In this document: positions 50,051 through 50,356 of the stretch, in pieces
How positions within the stretch are numbered: position 1 is the stretch's first letter
How the letters are laid out: every line of letters starts with the position of its first letter
DNA from: Candidatus Micrarchaeota archaeon
GTDB lineage: Archaea > Micrarchaeota > Micrarchaeia > Micrarchaeales > CABMGC01
Direction: 5' to 3'
Assembly: GCA_964419095.1 (NCBI GenBank)
Contig: CAYQOG010000002.1
Coordinates: forward strand, 1-50,356
DNA: 50,356 bases
Notes under the pieces: generated by a model
Seen by the model: only the letters and a program-made list of their open reading frames with translations
Database searches by the model: none
What the model was told of the DNA's origin: nothing
Position numbers and translations under genes: made by a program

Positions 50051-50356
50051 TCAGACAGATGCTGCAGCCGCAGCGCCCATCGGAACGTCTGCGGAAACCC
50101 GGATCGCAGAGGAAACGGCAGTCGGAATGCCCATTACAGCATCCATCCTCCTGTTTATCTCCATGGTCTTGCGCATTGTCACAGTGTAGTTCTTCTCGTT
50201 CTTCTTGAACTCGCTGAGCTTTATGAAATACCAGCCCTTGCCGTTCATGCGCCAGGCAACGAATGTAGGAAATGATGTATTCTTCTCCCACTCCAGCAGC
50301 TTTGTGAACTGGTCAGGATCCAGGCTAAGGCTCCCGCGGTCCCAGGCCTTGCACTC
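50051..50356 (-). CDS. hypothetical protein, C-terminal part (ORF stays open to the right edge)
   Basis: Hand translation of the minus strand from the window edge gives ECKAWDRGSLSLDPDQFTKLLEWEKNTSFPTFVAWRMNGKGWYFIKLSEFKKNEKNYTVTM... with no stop until 50051. No function recognised. Confidence 0.35.
   Translation of the reverse strand, partial: ECKAWDRGSLSLDPDQFTKLLEWEKNTSFPTFVAWRMNGKGWYFIKLSEFKKNEKNYTVTMRKTMEINRRMDAVMGIPTAVSSAIRVSADVPMGAAAAASV

Noticed and set aside
1-50356. CRISPR arrays, IS elements, integrases or prophage genes.
   Set aside because: I saw no regularly spaced direct repeats of 24-40 nt. No transposase, integrase or capsid-like ORF appears in any frame of the track. The only repeat structures found are those reported above.

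Overview
This looks like a densely packed archaeal chromosomal segment with roughly balanced G+C by eye and a few AT-rich islets. The archaeal call rests on these markers:
- GGGP synthase
- a TBP-domain protein
- ribosomal protein L21e
- Pelota
- Pth2
- TruD
- archaeal-type GluRS
- Nre
- DUF424
- class III (pilin-type) signal peptide
- TATA boxes about 25 nt upstream of mostly leaderless starts, and GGAGGUGAU-type Shine-Dalgarno sites inside operons

A small-genome DPANN/Micrarchaeota-like or Thermoplasmata-like organism is only a guess.

**RNA genes**
- The left edge carries the 5' end of a 23S rRNA on the minus strand. There is no 16S upstream of it.
- tRNA-Ser(CGA) carries a 15-nt insert at a non-canonical position in the anticodon stem.
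- tRNA-Pro(CGG) is on the minus strand.

**Housekeeping genes**
- truD, rnz, rpl21e, pelota, thiE, thiL, gltX, prs, rpiB, ksgA, ilvE and pth2
- An M24 peptidase, an FKBP isomerase, an MFS transporter and SDR enzymes
- menA plus two tandem ubiE/menG paralogues

**Accessory or unusual content**
- (a) A translationally coupled minus-strand operon encodes two tiny membrane proteins plus a HerA/VirB4-clade ATPase with an odd C-terminal beta module (23845-26529). It sits next to a vapBC module. I consider this the best candidate for an undescribed membrane translocation system, possibly Ced-like DNA transport.
- (b) Three tandem paralogues of an unrecognisable ~310-330 aa family (40130-43124). P2 and P3 carry a copy of the same TATA box; P1 has a different TATA-like box.
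- (c) A surface-layer cluster: a 989-aa anchorless glycoprotein, a 707-aa membrane-anchored partner, and a 201-aa protein that shares a 4-Cys ectodomain with the partner.
- (d) A single-repeat TBP.
- (e) A metallothionein-like small protein with 11 Cys.
- (f) An AT-rich ~0.8 kb islet bracketed by a 10-bp direct repeat.
- (g) Three type II toxin-antitoxin modules.
- (h) A perfect 18-bp palindrome over the thiL-thiE start.

I saw no CRISPR array, transposase or integrase. All homology calls come from reading the translated ORFs and recalling family motifs. No searches were run.
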